Assembly (NCBI GenBank): GCA_963663385.2
Contig: CAXXXD010000003.1
Span: forward strand, 768,001-832,000
Direction: 5' to 3'
DNA: 64,000 nucleotides
Origin: Oceanispirochaeta sp.
Lineage (GTDB): Bacteria; Spirochaetota; Spirochaetia; DSM-2461
The notes beneath the pieces were generated by a model, which made no database searches, was not told the DNA's origin, and was given only the letters and a program-made list of their open reading frames with translations. Positions 18,471 to 29,847 of this stretch are shown here, piece by piece. A program made the position numbers and the translations under genes. Position 1 is the stretch's first letter; each line of letters starts with the position of its first letter.

Positions 18471-19472
18471 ATGTTTACTTTTAATACGGCAGCCGGAGCC
18501 ACGCCGCTCTCCATCTGGGGAATGTGGGTTCTTGTTCTTGCCGCACTCTTTCTTTTCAATGAACTGTCCAGGCGCTGGAAAACAGCAGGTTTTATCTCTT
18601 TCGTTGTTCTGCCCCTGGTATTGACTGTATTGTGGTTTACTGTTTTCAGGAACACAACCTATACGGACTGGTTCCATCTGGTTAAAGTGTACTCTGCAAC
18701 AGCCGGGTGTATCGGCTTCTGGCTGATCAGGCACCTGAAGGGAAAAAATCAAACTACCGGACAGGAGTGGCATCTGGCCGATAAAAAGTGGGCCCTCTGT
18801 TTTCCTCCCCTGATTCTGGCCATAAATATAATGGAAGCCTGTGTGCGGGATTTCCAGATCGGTCTGAATTATACCGGAGGCGGAATTACCGCCGATGAAG
18901 GTGTGTATGTGCTGGGCGGGATCTGGAATCATATGAACGGGATGGCAGGAATCCTCAATATTATTGCCATCACCGGCTGGTTCGGTATTGTTATCAGAAA
19001 GAAAACCGCCGGAGACAAGAGTCAGGATATGCTCTGGCCCGATATGCTCTGGTTCTGGATTCTCGCTTACGATCTGTGGAACTTCGTGTACACCTACAAC
19101 TGCCTGCCTCACCATGCCTGGTACTGCGGGCTTGCCCTGCTGCTGGCGCCGACTCTCTGTGCCTTTACAATCGGAAAAGGAGCCTGGCTGCAGCACAGGG
19201 CCCATACCCTGGCCATCTGGTGTATGTTTGCCCAGACTTTTCCTTCCTTTCAGGACGACAGCCTGTTTTCTGTTACATCCACTTTCAATCCGTCCATCTA
19301 TAGGACGCTGGGGGTGCTTTCTCTGGCTGCCAATACGGCCCTGGTGGTTTATATGCTTACTAAAATGATACAAACCGGAAGGAACCCCTATACAGGTGAG
19401 TTGTATACGGATCATCCCCAATCCAGGGAAGTTTTGTCATTGTCCGATAAGATCCGGAAAGAGAGCGCCTGA
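18471..19472 (+). CDS. DUF5692-family multi-pass membrane protein
   Basis: WFHLVKVYS, ILAINIMEA..RDF, DMLWPD, YDLWNF.Y.YNC, WLQHRAHTL. Confidence 0.7.
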   Translation: MFTFNTAAGATPLSIWGMWVLVLAALFLFNELSRRWKTAGFISFVVLPLVLTVLWFTVFRNTTYTDWFHLVKVYSATAGCIGFWLIRHLKGKNQTTGQEWHLADKKWALCFPPLILAINIMEACVRDFQIGLNYTGGGITADEGVYVLGGIWNHMNGMAGILNIIAITGWFGIVIRKKTAGDKSQDMLWPDMLWFWILAYDLWNFVYTYNCLPHHAWYCGLALLLAPTLCAFTIGKGAWLQHRAHTLAIWCMFAQTFPSFQDDSLFSVTSTFNPSIYRTLGVLSLAANTALVVYMLTKMIQTGRNPYTGELYTDHPQSREVLSLSDKIRKESA

Positions 19473-19591
19473 AATACGGCAATAGAGCCGTTTCGGATGG
19501 AACGGCTTATATGGAAGGATTGTTTAAAACACTTGATTGACTTCCGATCCTGCACCGCTTCATAATAGCCCATGGGATTTCTACAGGAGAG

Positions 19592-22500
19592 GTGAGCATG
19601 AAAGAGACCGAAACAGCCGGAAAAAAACAGATGGAATTGATTACGTCTCTGGTAAATCTGACTGCAGGAAACACTTCCTTTGAACAGACGATGAGAGATT
19701 TCATCGATCTTATTACGGACTATGGAAGGGGGGATGGAATTCAGTCTGTCCGCATCCTGCTGGATGAACAATCCTTTCAAAGCAGCTGCTTTAACGAAAC
19801 CCTGTCGGACAGCCTTCGTAAGGATACCCTTCTCCTTGATGTGCCGGACTGTAATACCGCCAGTCTGGAAATCCTTCATAAACCCCGTATCAGCGGCAAT
19901 GCTGCTCCGGCTGTTCTGGATGATACTGCTTTCTCCCGTCTTCTGGCGAACGTTCTGAGTGGCTATATCGCCCGCATCCGTCTGAAAAAACTGCATTATG
20001 ATAACAGGGAGCGTCTTAAGGAACTTAACAGCATAAACCTGACGAATTCCATTTTGAAAAGGAACGGAACCCTCCTGGATTCCCTTCAGGATATATGTTC
20101 TCTGCTGCCTGAAGCCTGGCAGTACCCCGCCGACACGGTGGCACGTATTATTTTTGACGGGAATGTATTTGAAAGCAGCGGATTTGCTGAGACCGAGTGG
20201 GAACTGAAACAGATGTTCGAAACCCCGGACGGGAAGAAAGGCCTGCTTGAGGTGTTCTATCTCAGGGAATTCCCGGAGGCGGATGAAGGTCCCTTTCTGA
20301 AGGAGGAACGTTCTCTGCTGGATATCCTGGCATCCATCATTTCCGGAACCTATACGAACAGATCTCTGCATGATCTGCTTATCCGCAATACGGAACGTCT
20401 GAAGGAACTGCGCTGCATCAATCAGACTTCGGAAATACTGAAGTCCTGTTCATCCTTTGAAGATATGCTGAAGCAGGTGTGTAAAATCCTGCCGGAAGCC
20501 TGGCAGTATCCGGAGCATACTGCTGTCCGGATCCGGTACAACGACCGGATTTTTCTCAGCAGGGATTTTGAAGAGACCCCATGGATGCAGAGTCAGACTT
20601 TTGAGGCTCCCCGTAATAAACAGGGGCTGATAGAGGTTTTCCTGCTGGATGAATTCCCCCCTGAGGATGAGGGACCTTTCCTTAAGGAAGAGAGAAACCT
20701 CCTGAATAACATTGCCGGCATGATCGGCGGTTCCGCCGGGTCGGATGTTCTGAAAAAACTGCTTTATGAGAATAATGAGCGTCTCAAGGAGCTGGGGGCC
20801 ATAAACAGAACATCCCGGCTGATTTCCGAGTGCCGCCCTGTTAACGAAACCCTCACTGAGGTGGCGGGTATCCTGAGTCAGTCCTGGCAGTATCCGGAGT
20901 ATACGGAAGTTAATATACATTTTGAGGGGGAGGATTATACCACTCCCGGGTTCCGGGAAACTATCTGGAACCAGAAACAGAACTTTATCACCATAGATAA
21001 TAAAAAAGGTTCCATTCAGGTGGTCTACCTGAAGGAATTCCCTCCCTGCGATGAAGGGCCGTTCCTGAGGGAGGAAAGGGACCTCCTGACGAATATCAGC
21101 AAACTGATAAGCGGGTATCTGAATAACACCAAAGGCCGGGACATATACAGGAGAAGTATCCATAAAAAGCAGGAGATCGAGAAACAGGAGGAGTATAAAA
21201 AATCTCTTGTCACCAACAAGGGGCCTCTTCAGCTGTTTTTTAATCAGCAGGTGCTGGATAAGTATATCTACCTGGATATGATGAAGTACAAGGTAAAGGA
21301 GATCCTTTTTGTATCAACCCTCTATGACGCTTTCATTCTGGGGAATGAAGACGGTTTTTTTGAGCGTTTTATGGGAGAAATATACCAGTACAGTCTTTTT
21401 TCCCTTCCCCGGATTACGGGAGTAACCACGGAAGAGGAAGCCCTTGATATGCTGGAAACCAAATCCTTTGATCTGGTTTTGATTATGGTCGGTCTGGATA
21501 CGGATATGCCCGAATCCCTGGGCAGGCGGGTCAAACAGAAAATTCCGTCCCTGCCGGTCTACCTTTTATTGAATCAGAAGAACCAGATCAGGCATTTTGA
21601 AGAGCTGGTGGCTTCCTCCCATTACCTGGATAATGTCTTTTTCTGGAATGGGGACTCTCAGATCATATTCTCTATTGTTAAATCCATTGAAGATAAAGCC
21701 AATGTCGCCAATGATACCCAGGTAGGGCTGGTGAGGGTTATCCTTCTGGTGGAGGATTCCGCTCTCTACTACTCCAAATACCTTCAGATCCTCTATGAAA
21801 TTGTCTTCGGTCAGGTTCAGCAGCTTCTGCCGGAGGTGGAGAAGAACGAGCTTGATAAAATATGCAAGATGCGTTCACGCCCTAAAATCCTTCTGGCCCG
21901 GAATTATGAAGATGCCATGCACCTGTTCAATAAATACAAGGATTATCTGCTCTGTGTTATATCGGATATCGAGTTCGAACATCAGGGGATGCCCGAAAAA
22001 GAAGCGGGTATAAACTTCATCAAATATGTAAAGTCTCATATGATGAAACTGCCTATCATTCTGCAGTCTTCTGATAATAAAAACCTCCGTCAGGCGGATG
22101 ATCTGGATGTCTTTTTTATAAACAAGAACTCGGAAACATTGATGAATGATCTGAAAAACTATCTGACTTCCTATCTCGGTTTCGGCGATTTTATTTTCCG
22201 GGACAGAAACGGGAATCAGATCGGTATAGCCAGGACGCTTAAGGAGTTCGAAAAGCAGCTTGAGATTATTCCGGATGAAACCTATTACCTTCATGCTATC
22301 GAGAATCAGTTCTCCATATGGCTTATGTCCCGGGGGGAGATCAAACTGGCCAAAACCATCAATCCCATGAAAGTCTCCACCCTGGAAAATGTTCCTAAAT
22401 TCAAGCAGGACGTTCTTGATACAATCAGAAACTATCAGGAGGAAAAAAAGCGGGGGAAGATCTTCCGTCTTGAAGAGACCCCTCTGGTAGATGAGAAAAA

Positions 22501-24187
22501 CATTGTAACCCTTGCAGAGGGTTCTCTTGGCGGGAAGGGGCGTGGTCTGGCGTTTATAAACACCCTGATTTACAACTTTGATTTTTCTGCTGTCTCCGGC
22601 CGGATCAATATCCGAACACCCAAAACAGTGATCATAGGAACAAATGAGTTTGATTCTTTTATACAGGAGAACCGCCTGTATGATCTGATAATGGGAAATG
22701 ATCAGGGATTCGACCGTATCAAGGAACATTTTCTGTCGGGTAAGCTGTCTCCGGGGCTGGAGAGGAAACTGGCTGCTTTTCTGGAACAGGTGGATAAGCC
22801 CCTTGCCATCCGCTCCTCAAGCCTTTCGGAAGATTCCTTTACCCAGCCCTTTGCAGGTGTATTCCACACCTATATCATACCCAACAGCCCCGATAAGCGG
22901 GATGTGGTGCTGAAAAAAATGAAGCAGGCTATCAAGCTGGTATTTGCTTCCATATTCTCATCAGAGGCAAAGGGTTATTTCAATGCCATACACCACCGGG
23001 TGGAAGATGAAAAAATGGCAGTTGTTCTGCAGGAGCTGGTGGGTAACAGGTATGGGGATTACTACTATCCCCATATCAGCGGAACAGCCTGTTCGTATAA
23101 CTATTACCCCGTTGCCCATATGGAACCGGAGGAGGGGTTTGCCATGGCTGCTCTCGGGCTGGGCACCTATGTGGTGGACGGGATGTCCTCATACAGGTTT
23201 TCTCCCAAATACCCTAAAACGGAGATGTATTCCCTTAAGGATATGATCAACAGCTCCCAGGTGAAATTCTATGCGGTAGACTGTACAAAAATCAATATGG
23301 ACTATGCCTCGGACGGCGAGCTGGCGTCTCTTGTTCTGCTTGATATAAGCGAGGCGGAAAAACATGGTTCCCTCAAACACTGCGCCTCCGTATACGATTA
23401 TCAGAATGATAGGATCCTGCCGGGATTATCGGTTCCGGGACCGCGCATTCTGAATTTTGCCAATATCCTTAAATATGACTATATTCCACTGGCGAAAACC
23501 CTGGAGATGCTTCTTGGAACAATCAAGGAGGCCCTGGGATCGCCTGTCGAGATCGAATTCGCTGTAGATTTGAACAGGGCCGAGAATGGGCTTCCCACTT
23601 TTTATCTGCTTCAGACCAAGCCTATGGTGGAAAACAGGGGGCGCATGCATTTCGAACTGGAACAGTTCAAGAGGGATGAGGCTCTGCTCTATACGGAAAC
23701 AAGCCTGGGGAACGGCTGTATCGATGATGTATATGACGTGATCTATGTGGACACGGAGAAATTTGACAAGATGAAAACTCTGGATATGGCCGGAGAGATT
23801 GAATACCTCAACAATCTTCTGATAAAGGAGAACCGCCGCTATATTCTGATAGGTCCGGGGCGTTGGGGGACAAGGGACCGGTTTCTGGGGATCCCCGTTA
23901 CCTGGGCCCAGATATCCCATGCCAGGATAATAGTGGAAATCAGTCTGGCCAACTTTCCACTGGATTCTTCTCTGGGATCTCATTTCTTTCATAATGTAAC
24001 CTCCATGAATATTGGTTATTTCTCCATCAATACGATTAAGGACGCGGAGTTTATCAATTGGGATCGGCTTCACAGGGAGGAGGCTGTTCACAGGACCAGG
24101 TACTTTCGCCATGTCCGTTTCAGGAATCCTCTGAAAATTCTGATGGACGGAAAGGAGAAAAAATCTATAATACTGGATAACAACTGA
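19592..24187 (+). CDS. Multidomain protein: three GAF-like repeats, REC-like domains, PPDK/PEP-synthase ATP-grasp domain and C-terminal His-motif domain
   Basis: LGGKGRGL, PLAIRSSSLSED..FAG, MAVVLQE, VEIEFA, LLQTKP (ATP-grasp); ILLVED..VISD..ILQSS..INK (REC); no PEP-binding TIM barrel. Start may be the ATG at 19598. Confidence 0.8.
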   Translation: MSMKETETAGKKQMELITSLVNLTAGNTSFEQTMRDFIDLITDYGRGDGIQSVRILLDEQSFQSSCFNETLSDSLRKDTLLLDVPDCNTASLEILHKPRISGNAAPAVLDDTAFSRLLANVLSGYIARIRLKKLHYDNRERLKELNSINLTNSILKRNGTLLDSLQDICSLLPEAWQYPADTVARIIFDGNVFESSGFAETEWELKQMFETPDGKKGLLEVFYLREFPEADEGPFLKEERSLLDILASIISGTYTNRSLHDLLIRNTERLKELRCINQTSEILKSCSSFEDMLKQVCKILPEAWQYPEHTAVRIRYNDRIFLSRDFEETPWMQSQTFEAPRNKQGLIEVFLLDEFPPEDEGPFLKEERNLLNNIAGMIGGSAGSDVLKKLLYENNERLKELGAINRTSRLISECRPVNETLTEVAGILSQSWQYPEYTEVNIHFEGEDYTTPGFRETIWNQKQNFITIDNKKGSIQVVYLKEFPPCDEGPFLREERDLLTNISKLISGYLNNTKGRDIYRRSIHKKQEIEKQEEYKKSLVTNKGPLQLFFNQQVLDKYIYLDMMKYKVKEILFVSTLYDAFILGNEDGFFERFMGEIYQYSLFSLPRITGVTTEEEALDMLETKSFDLVLIMVGLDTDMPESLGRRVKQKIPSLPVYLLLNQKNQIRHFEELVASSHYLDNVFFWNGDSQIIFSIVKSIEDKANVANDTQVGLVRVILLVEDSALYYSKYLQILYEIVFGQVQQLLPEVEKNELDKICKMRSRPKILLARNYEDAMHLFNKYKDYLLCVISDIEFEHQGMPEKEAGINFIKYVKSHMMKLPIILQSSDNKNLRQADDLDVFFINKNSETLMNDLKNYLTSYLGFGDFIFRDRNGNQIGIARTLKEFEKQLEIIPDETYYLHAIENQFSIWLMSRGEIKLAKTINPMKVSTLENVPKFKQDVLDTIRNYQEEKKRGKIFRLEETPLVDEKNIVTLAEGSLGGKGRGLAFINTLIYNFDFSAVSGRINIRTPKTVIIGTNEFDSFIQENRLYDLIMGNDQGFDRIKEHFLSGKLSPGLERKLAAFLEQVDKPLAIRSSSLSEDSFTQPFAGVFHTYIIPNSPDKRDVVLKKMKQAIKLVFASIFSSEAKGYFNAIHHRVEDEKMAVVLQELVGNRYGDYYYPHISGTACSYNYYPVAHMEPEEGFAMAALGLGTYVVDGMSSYRFSPKYPKTEMYSLKDMINSSQVKFYAVDCTKINMDYASDGELASLVLLDISEAEKHGSLKHCASVYDYQNDRILPGLSVPGPRILNFANILKYDYIPLAKTLEMLLGTIKEALGSPVEIEFAVDLNRAENGLPTFYLLQTKPMVENRGRMHFELEQFKRDEALLYTETSLGNGCIDDVYDVIYVDTEKFDKMKTLDMAGEIEYLNNLLIKENRRYILIGPGRWGTRDRFLGIPVTWAQISHARIIVEISLANFPLDSSLGSHFFHNVTSMNIGYFSINTIKDAEFINWDRLHREEAVHRTRYFRHVRFRNPLKILMDGKEKKSIILDNN
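20000..21120 (+). repeat. Three intragenic 128-codon repeats
   Basis: ERLKEL starts at 20009, 20393 and 20777 (384-nt period); each unit contains WQYP and DEGPFL(K/R)EER. Confidence 0.92.
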
Positions 24188-24189
24188 TT

Positions 24190-24852
24190 ATGGATACAAT
24201 AAGCGTAGGGGTGTGCAGCAATCATAAGCTGCTTCTGGAGGGCGTCTGTCGGCTGATCGAAAGTACGGAGGGATTTACTATCCCCCTGAAAGAGACCGAT
24301 ATGGGAATGCTCCTGAAATCACCCGGACTGGAACAGGTTAATATACTCATACTGAATCCTCATGAAATAGATGCCAGGGTTCTCAATATGATAGTACAGC
24401 TGGGGGTTCTCTATCCCAAAACAGGAGTGCTTATCCTCTCCGGGACGGAAAATGAACGGATCATTCTGAAAACCATTAAAGCGGGAGCAAAGGGGTTCCT
24501 GGCCAGGGAAAGCGACCGGAATGATCTGCTGGAAGCTTTGTACACCCTGCGGAACGGACATGATTACTATAGCAAATCCATAACCAGCCTGCTTTTGAAA
24601 AAGTACCTGTCCGATCTGAAATCCGGAGACCCGGCTGATGAAAAGGATGAGATGAAACTGCTGAGCACCAGGGAACTGGAGGTCCTGACTCTCTGGGGAA
24701 ACAGTTATACCAATAACGAAATTTCAGAAAAACTGTTTATCAGCGTGCGTACCGTGGAATCCCATAAAAACCATATTATGCAGAAACTGAACCTGAAAAC
24801 AGCAGTGGATATGGTCAAGTTCGCCATAAAAAACAATATCATTGAAGTCTGA
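24190..24852 (+). CDS. NarL/LuxR-family regulator with a degenerate receiver domain
   Basis: LSTRELEVL...ISEKLFISVRTVESHKNHIMQKL HTH; receiver has SN for DD, N56 for the phospho-Asp and R106 for Lys. Confidence 0.88.
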   Translation: MDTISVGVCSNHKLLLEGVCRLIESTEGFTIPLKETDMGMLLKSPGLEQVNILILNPHEIDARVLNMIVQLGVLYPKTGVLILSGTENERIILKTIKAGAKGFLARESDRNDLLEALYTLRNGHDYYSKSITSLLLKKYLSDLKSGDPADEKDEMKLLSTRELEVLTLWGNSYTNNEISEKLFISVRTVESHKNHIMQKLNLKTAVDMVKFAIKNNIIEV

Positions 24853-24946
24853 AAGATAGGGGATATACGGAATCTTCTCCGTGTTTCACGTAAAAAACAG
24901 AAAACCTCTTTTTCCCGTGATATAAATGGGCTACTGATTAAAATAA

Positions 24947-26314
<1,368 letters not shown>

Positions 26315-26337
26315 TTCCCGAGAGGCTGTCTGCTTCA

Positions 26338-26367
26338 GCAGAGTCGGGTTTCGAAACCCGTCTCTGC
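26338..26367. repeat. Hairpin after gdhA (REP-like or terminator)
   Basis: GCAGAG-T-CGGGTTTCGAAACCCG-T-CTCTGC; no U-tract. Confidence 0.5.
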
Positions 26368-26429
26368 CGGACCGATTCTGCTGGTCACGATTTGAAACTT
26401 TCACTAGAATGGTAATCCGAGGAGTTTTC

Positions 26430-27386
26430 ATGATCAGGATTATCTGGAAAGGATTCATTGCGGTTTCCATTATATTTCTGGCGGCAGCCTGTGCCAGTGT
26501 GGAGGAGCCTGTATATCCTCCCGAAGTAATCAGTGCGGAAACAGGTGTAACAGACCTCTCTTTTTCCGAGGTCACCCTTGAAAAGAGACTGGTGCTGTTT
26601 AATCCCAATGCTGTTCCTGTAGAGCTGACGTCCTGCGACTCCAGTCTGATCATTGGCGGATCCTCCTTTCTGAGAGAGGAATACAGGCCCCCTGTGCAAC
26701 TGGCGCCGAAGGAAACCCTGGAACTGACCATCCCTTTTATCCTGTCGTATAAAGACCTCTATAAAATTTCCGATTCCCTGAAAGAAAAGCATGCATCCGG
26801 TTACAGTATTGATACCCGGTTCCGGTATATTCAGCCCGCCGGTGAAGACGGGATTGAAGAAACATTTTCTGCTGCAGCAGAGGGCGTTGTCCCCCTTATA
26901 AAGAAACCCCTATACCATTTTCAGAGGCTCTATGTTAACAGTCTGGGGATGATGGGGGCTGATATAACAGTCTGGATGTACGCCCTGAATAACAACGATT
27001 TTGATATTACTCTGAAGGACTTTCAGGGTTGGCTGATTGTGAATAACGAAAACTGGTCCGGACTCGCCCTTAAAAAACCTGTTGTTCTGAAACCCGGCGA
27101 AATAAGCGAGAGTATTTTCCGCTTCCGCCTGGAATTTCTCTCCATGGGGAAAACCGTACGGGACCTTCTGTCGGGAGAACCTGAACTTTTCTATGATTTT
27201 GCCGGTGAATCCCTTCTTGAAACAAGTGTCGAGTTTCTGGAAGAGGAGACGCTGGGACTGGCCCTTAAAGGGGAGATCGAACTTGATAAACCGGACACCA
27301 CAACCAAAGGCGCACATAGTTCCGTTAAAATTGAAAATTCCATAGAAGAAAATCTGCTTCATATTTTCGGGCGCTATTCTCCCTGA
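26430..27386 (+). CDS. Lipoprotein with two LEA_2/WHy domains
   Basis: GAGGAG RBS, lipobox AAAC, FNPNAVPV and LNNNDFDI (N-P-N-type motifs). Confidence 0.7.
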   Translation: MIRIIWKGFIAVSIIFLAAACASVEEPVYPPEVISAETGVTDLSFSEVTLEKRLVLFNPNAVPVELTSCDSSLIIGGSSFLREEYRPPVQLAPKETLELTIPFILSYKDLYKISDSLKEKHASGYSIDTRFRYIQPAGEDGIEETFSAAAEGVVPLIKKPLYHFQRLYVNSLGMMGADITVWMYALNNNDFDITLKDFQGWLIVNNENWSGLALKKPVVLKPGEISESIFRFRLEFLSMGKTVRDLLSGEPELFYDFAGESLLETSVEFLEEETLGLALKGEIELDKPDTTTKGAHSSVKIENSIEENLLHIFGRYSP

Positions 27387-27397
27387 TCAGTGCGGCC

Positions 27398-29623
27398 CTA
27401 TGAGTAGAGCGACTTGTTTACAGCATCTATCAGCTGATTGATGGTAAAGGGTTTCTGAAGGAAGTGTCCGGGAATCTTTTCGGCTTCAGGAATCAGATCG
27501 CCTGTGTAACCGGATATTATCAGTATTTTCACAACCGGATTAATTTTCAGCGCCTCCCTGCACAGTTCATGCCCCTTCATTTCAGGCATAATTAAATCTG
27601 TCAGCAACAGGGACAACCGGGAAGGATTGTTCTTAAGAATCTCCAGGGCTTCCCTTCCGCTGCCTGCGGAAACAACCGTAAATCCGTATCTCTTCAGAAT
27701 GGTTTCAGTCGAATTCCTGACAGATATGTCATCTTCGACAAGCAGAATGGATTCGGGCTTAATAATGTTGTTGATATCCCTGTGAATTTCACTGCTTTTT
27801 TCCTTTTTCCGGTTTTCCAACTCAATTACAGGGAGAAGAATGGTAAATGTTGAGCCTGTTCCCGGTTCGCTCTGTACGGTAATCAATCCATTATGCTGCT
27901 TGATTATTCCAAAACTGGTCGCCAGGCCCAATCCGGTGCCCAACTCTCCTTTTGTTGAAAAAAAAGGATCAAATATTTTATTCCTGGTTTCCCTGTCCAT
28001 TCCCATGCCATTGTCCGTTATACTGACGGCTGCATAATGGATTTGCTTCAGTTCGCCGGCTGTTGCAATTTGTGCTTCAGTGGGAGAAAGCATTTTTGTC
28101 TGGATAGTCAGTTCACCGCCATCCGGCATGGCATCTCTGGCGTTTATGGTCATATTCATAAGAACCTGTTCTATCTGCCCTTTGTCAACGAAAATATCCT
28201 TCATATCCCGGGCCAGTTTGATGCTGATGCGTATATCCTCCCGGACTGATCCCCGGATCAATTGCTCAAAATCCCGTATTATGGTGTTCAGATTTATTCT
28301 GACAGTATTCTGAGTCTGTTTCCGGCTGAACGTTAAAAGCTGGTTGATCAGTTCAGAAGCTCGTAATGCGGCTTTGTATATTTCCGAAATCGGCATGGCG
28401 TAATCGGATTCGTTCAACCTGTTTCTCAGAAGATCGCTGAATCCCAGAACAGGTGTCATCAGATTATTCAGGTCGTGAGCGATACCTCCGGTAAGCCGTC
28501 CAAGAGATTCCACTTTCTGAATATGGTAATACTGTTCCTGAAGAGAGCGTTTTTCCTTTTCCAGAAGCTCCCGCCGGGACACATCACGCATAACTGCAAT
28601 ACAATTGGAAACTGCACTGTTTGCGTGTTTCACGGCTGATATGCTTACATCTTCAAGGATAATATTACCCGTTCTCCCCTTCATTTGAAGACGACCGGTC
28701 CAGTTCTGTCCTGTTCTAATGGCATTCTCTACCTCTTTTACGGGATTCGATTCTATGCTGTCCCAGATTTCCATAAAACTGTGTTCCAGTAACTCACTGT
28801 CCTTTATTCCCGTAAGTTCTGTAAAAATCGGGTTTGAAAACTGTATTATTCCCAGGTCGTTCATAACAATAATGGAGTCATTGCTCTGGTTGATTGCAGA
28901 AATCATCCGGTTCTTTTCCAGCTGATCTTCTATGAGCCGGATACTCATTGTATTCAGGGCTTCCTCAAGGAAATCAAATTCATCGGGTCTGAAAAAACCG
29001 GCAGTTTTGCGGTCCAGTTTAATACTGTGACTCAGCTGATCGGGTTTAAAGGAATTGGTAAACTGGGCAATTTTCGAAAGATGCCTTGTGATCATCCGGT
29101 GCGTAATCAGGTAGATTACAAAAGAGATCATCATTATCAGGGCAATCCGTTCTACAAGCAGAGGCATGATCCTGTTTTTCATCTCCATAAAATAGGATTC
29201 CAGATTTAAATAAACCTTTAAGGTTCCCAGTTTAAATGTTTCAGAGTCTTCTATATCAAACAGAAGAGGGTATTCTGCACTGAATGACCGATCGGCAGAA
29301 GGATTGCCCGATTCGAACAGGGTAATCTCTTCACCTTTTACTTCTTCCAGAACAATATAGACTACCGAGTCCAAATGCAGTAAACCATTGATCTGTACTT
29401 TCAGAAGCTCTTCGTTGAAGTGAAATACACTGTTTGATATGGAATCCAGATAACTGTTCTGTATGATCCTTTTTGTGCTCTCAACATTGGCCAATCCTCT
29501 GTTGTATTCAATGGCAAGCTGAATTGTGGAGCTTATAAGGGAAAACACCAGTCCTGTTATGATGATGTAAATGGTCAGCTTTAGTGATAACAGATTAAAT
29601 CTGGATCTGTTCTGCCGGTTCAA
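27398..29623 (-). CDS. Hybrid sensor histidine kinase (TM-HAMP-PAS-HisKA-HATPase-REC)
   Basis: GGIAHDLNN, NARDAM, DNGMGM, FDPFFSTK, GTGLGL, LLVEDD..LLTDLIMP..QKPF. Confidence 0.92.
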   Translation of the reverse strand: MNRQNRSRFNLLSLKLTIYIIITGLVFSLISSTIQLAIEYNRGLANVESTKRIIQNSYLDSISNSVFHFNEELLKVQINGLLHLDSVVYIVLEEVKGEEITLFESGNPSADRSFSAEYPLLFDIEDSETFKLGTLKVYLNLESYFMEMKNRIMPLLVERIALIMMISFVIYLITHRMITRHLSKIAQFTNSFKPDQLSHSIKLDRKTAGFFRPDEFDFLEEALNTMSIRLIEDQLEKNRMISAINQSNDSIIVMNDLGIIQFSNPIFTELTGIKDSELLEHSFMEIWDSIESNPVKEVENAIRTGQNWTGRLQMKGRTGNIILEDVSISAVKHANSAVSNCIAVMRDVSRRELLEKEKRSLQEQYYHIQKVESLGRLTGGIAHDLNNLMTPVLGFSDLLRNRLNESDYAMPISEIYKAALRASELINQLLTFSRKQTQNTVRINLNTIIRDFEQLIRGSVREDIRISIKLARDMKDIFVDKGQIEQVLMNMTINARDAMPDGGELTIQTKMLSPTEAQIATAGELKQIHYAAVSITDNGMGMDRETRNKIFDPFFSTKGELGTGLGLATSFGIIKQHNGLITVQSEPGTGSTFTILLPVIELENRKKEKSSEIHRDINNIIKPESILLVEDDISVRNSTETILKRYGFTVVSAGSGREALEILKNNPSRLSLLLTDLIMPEMKGHELCREALKINPVVKILIISGYTGDLIPEAEKIPGHFLQKPFTINQLIDAVNKSLYS

Positions 29624-29754
29624 AATGGCTATTACTCCCTTATTGTTTATAACATAAGAATAAAGTTTTAATTGGAGTTATGCAAAATAAAATATTGCAT
29701 CCTGTCTTCAGAATCCATCTTGACACTTAACCGGTGTATAAATATACGGCATAT

Positions 29755-29783
29755 TTGACATGTTTTTTCAGATATTCTATTAT
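29755..29783 (+). promoter_or_regulatory. Sigma70 promoter for putP
   Basis: TTGACA-N17-TATTAT. Confidence 0.6.
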
Positions 29784-29847
29784 TCCCTATCTTAGCAAAT
29801 TATCATTAATTGTTAAAGAATCAAAAATTATCACAAAAGGATGAAAC

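Noticed and set aside
16511..19421. Long antisense ORFs 16511-17542 and 18468-19421 (likewise 4579-5511 and 50766-51764)
   Set aside because: Each lies opposite a well-supported gene and has no family motifs.
19592..24187. Annotation as ppsA or ppdK
   Set aside because: The C-terminal PEP/pyruvate-binding barrel needed for that reaction is absent.
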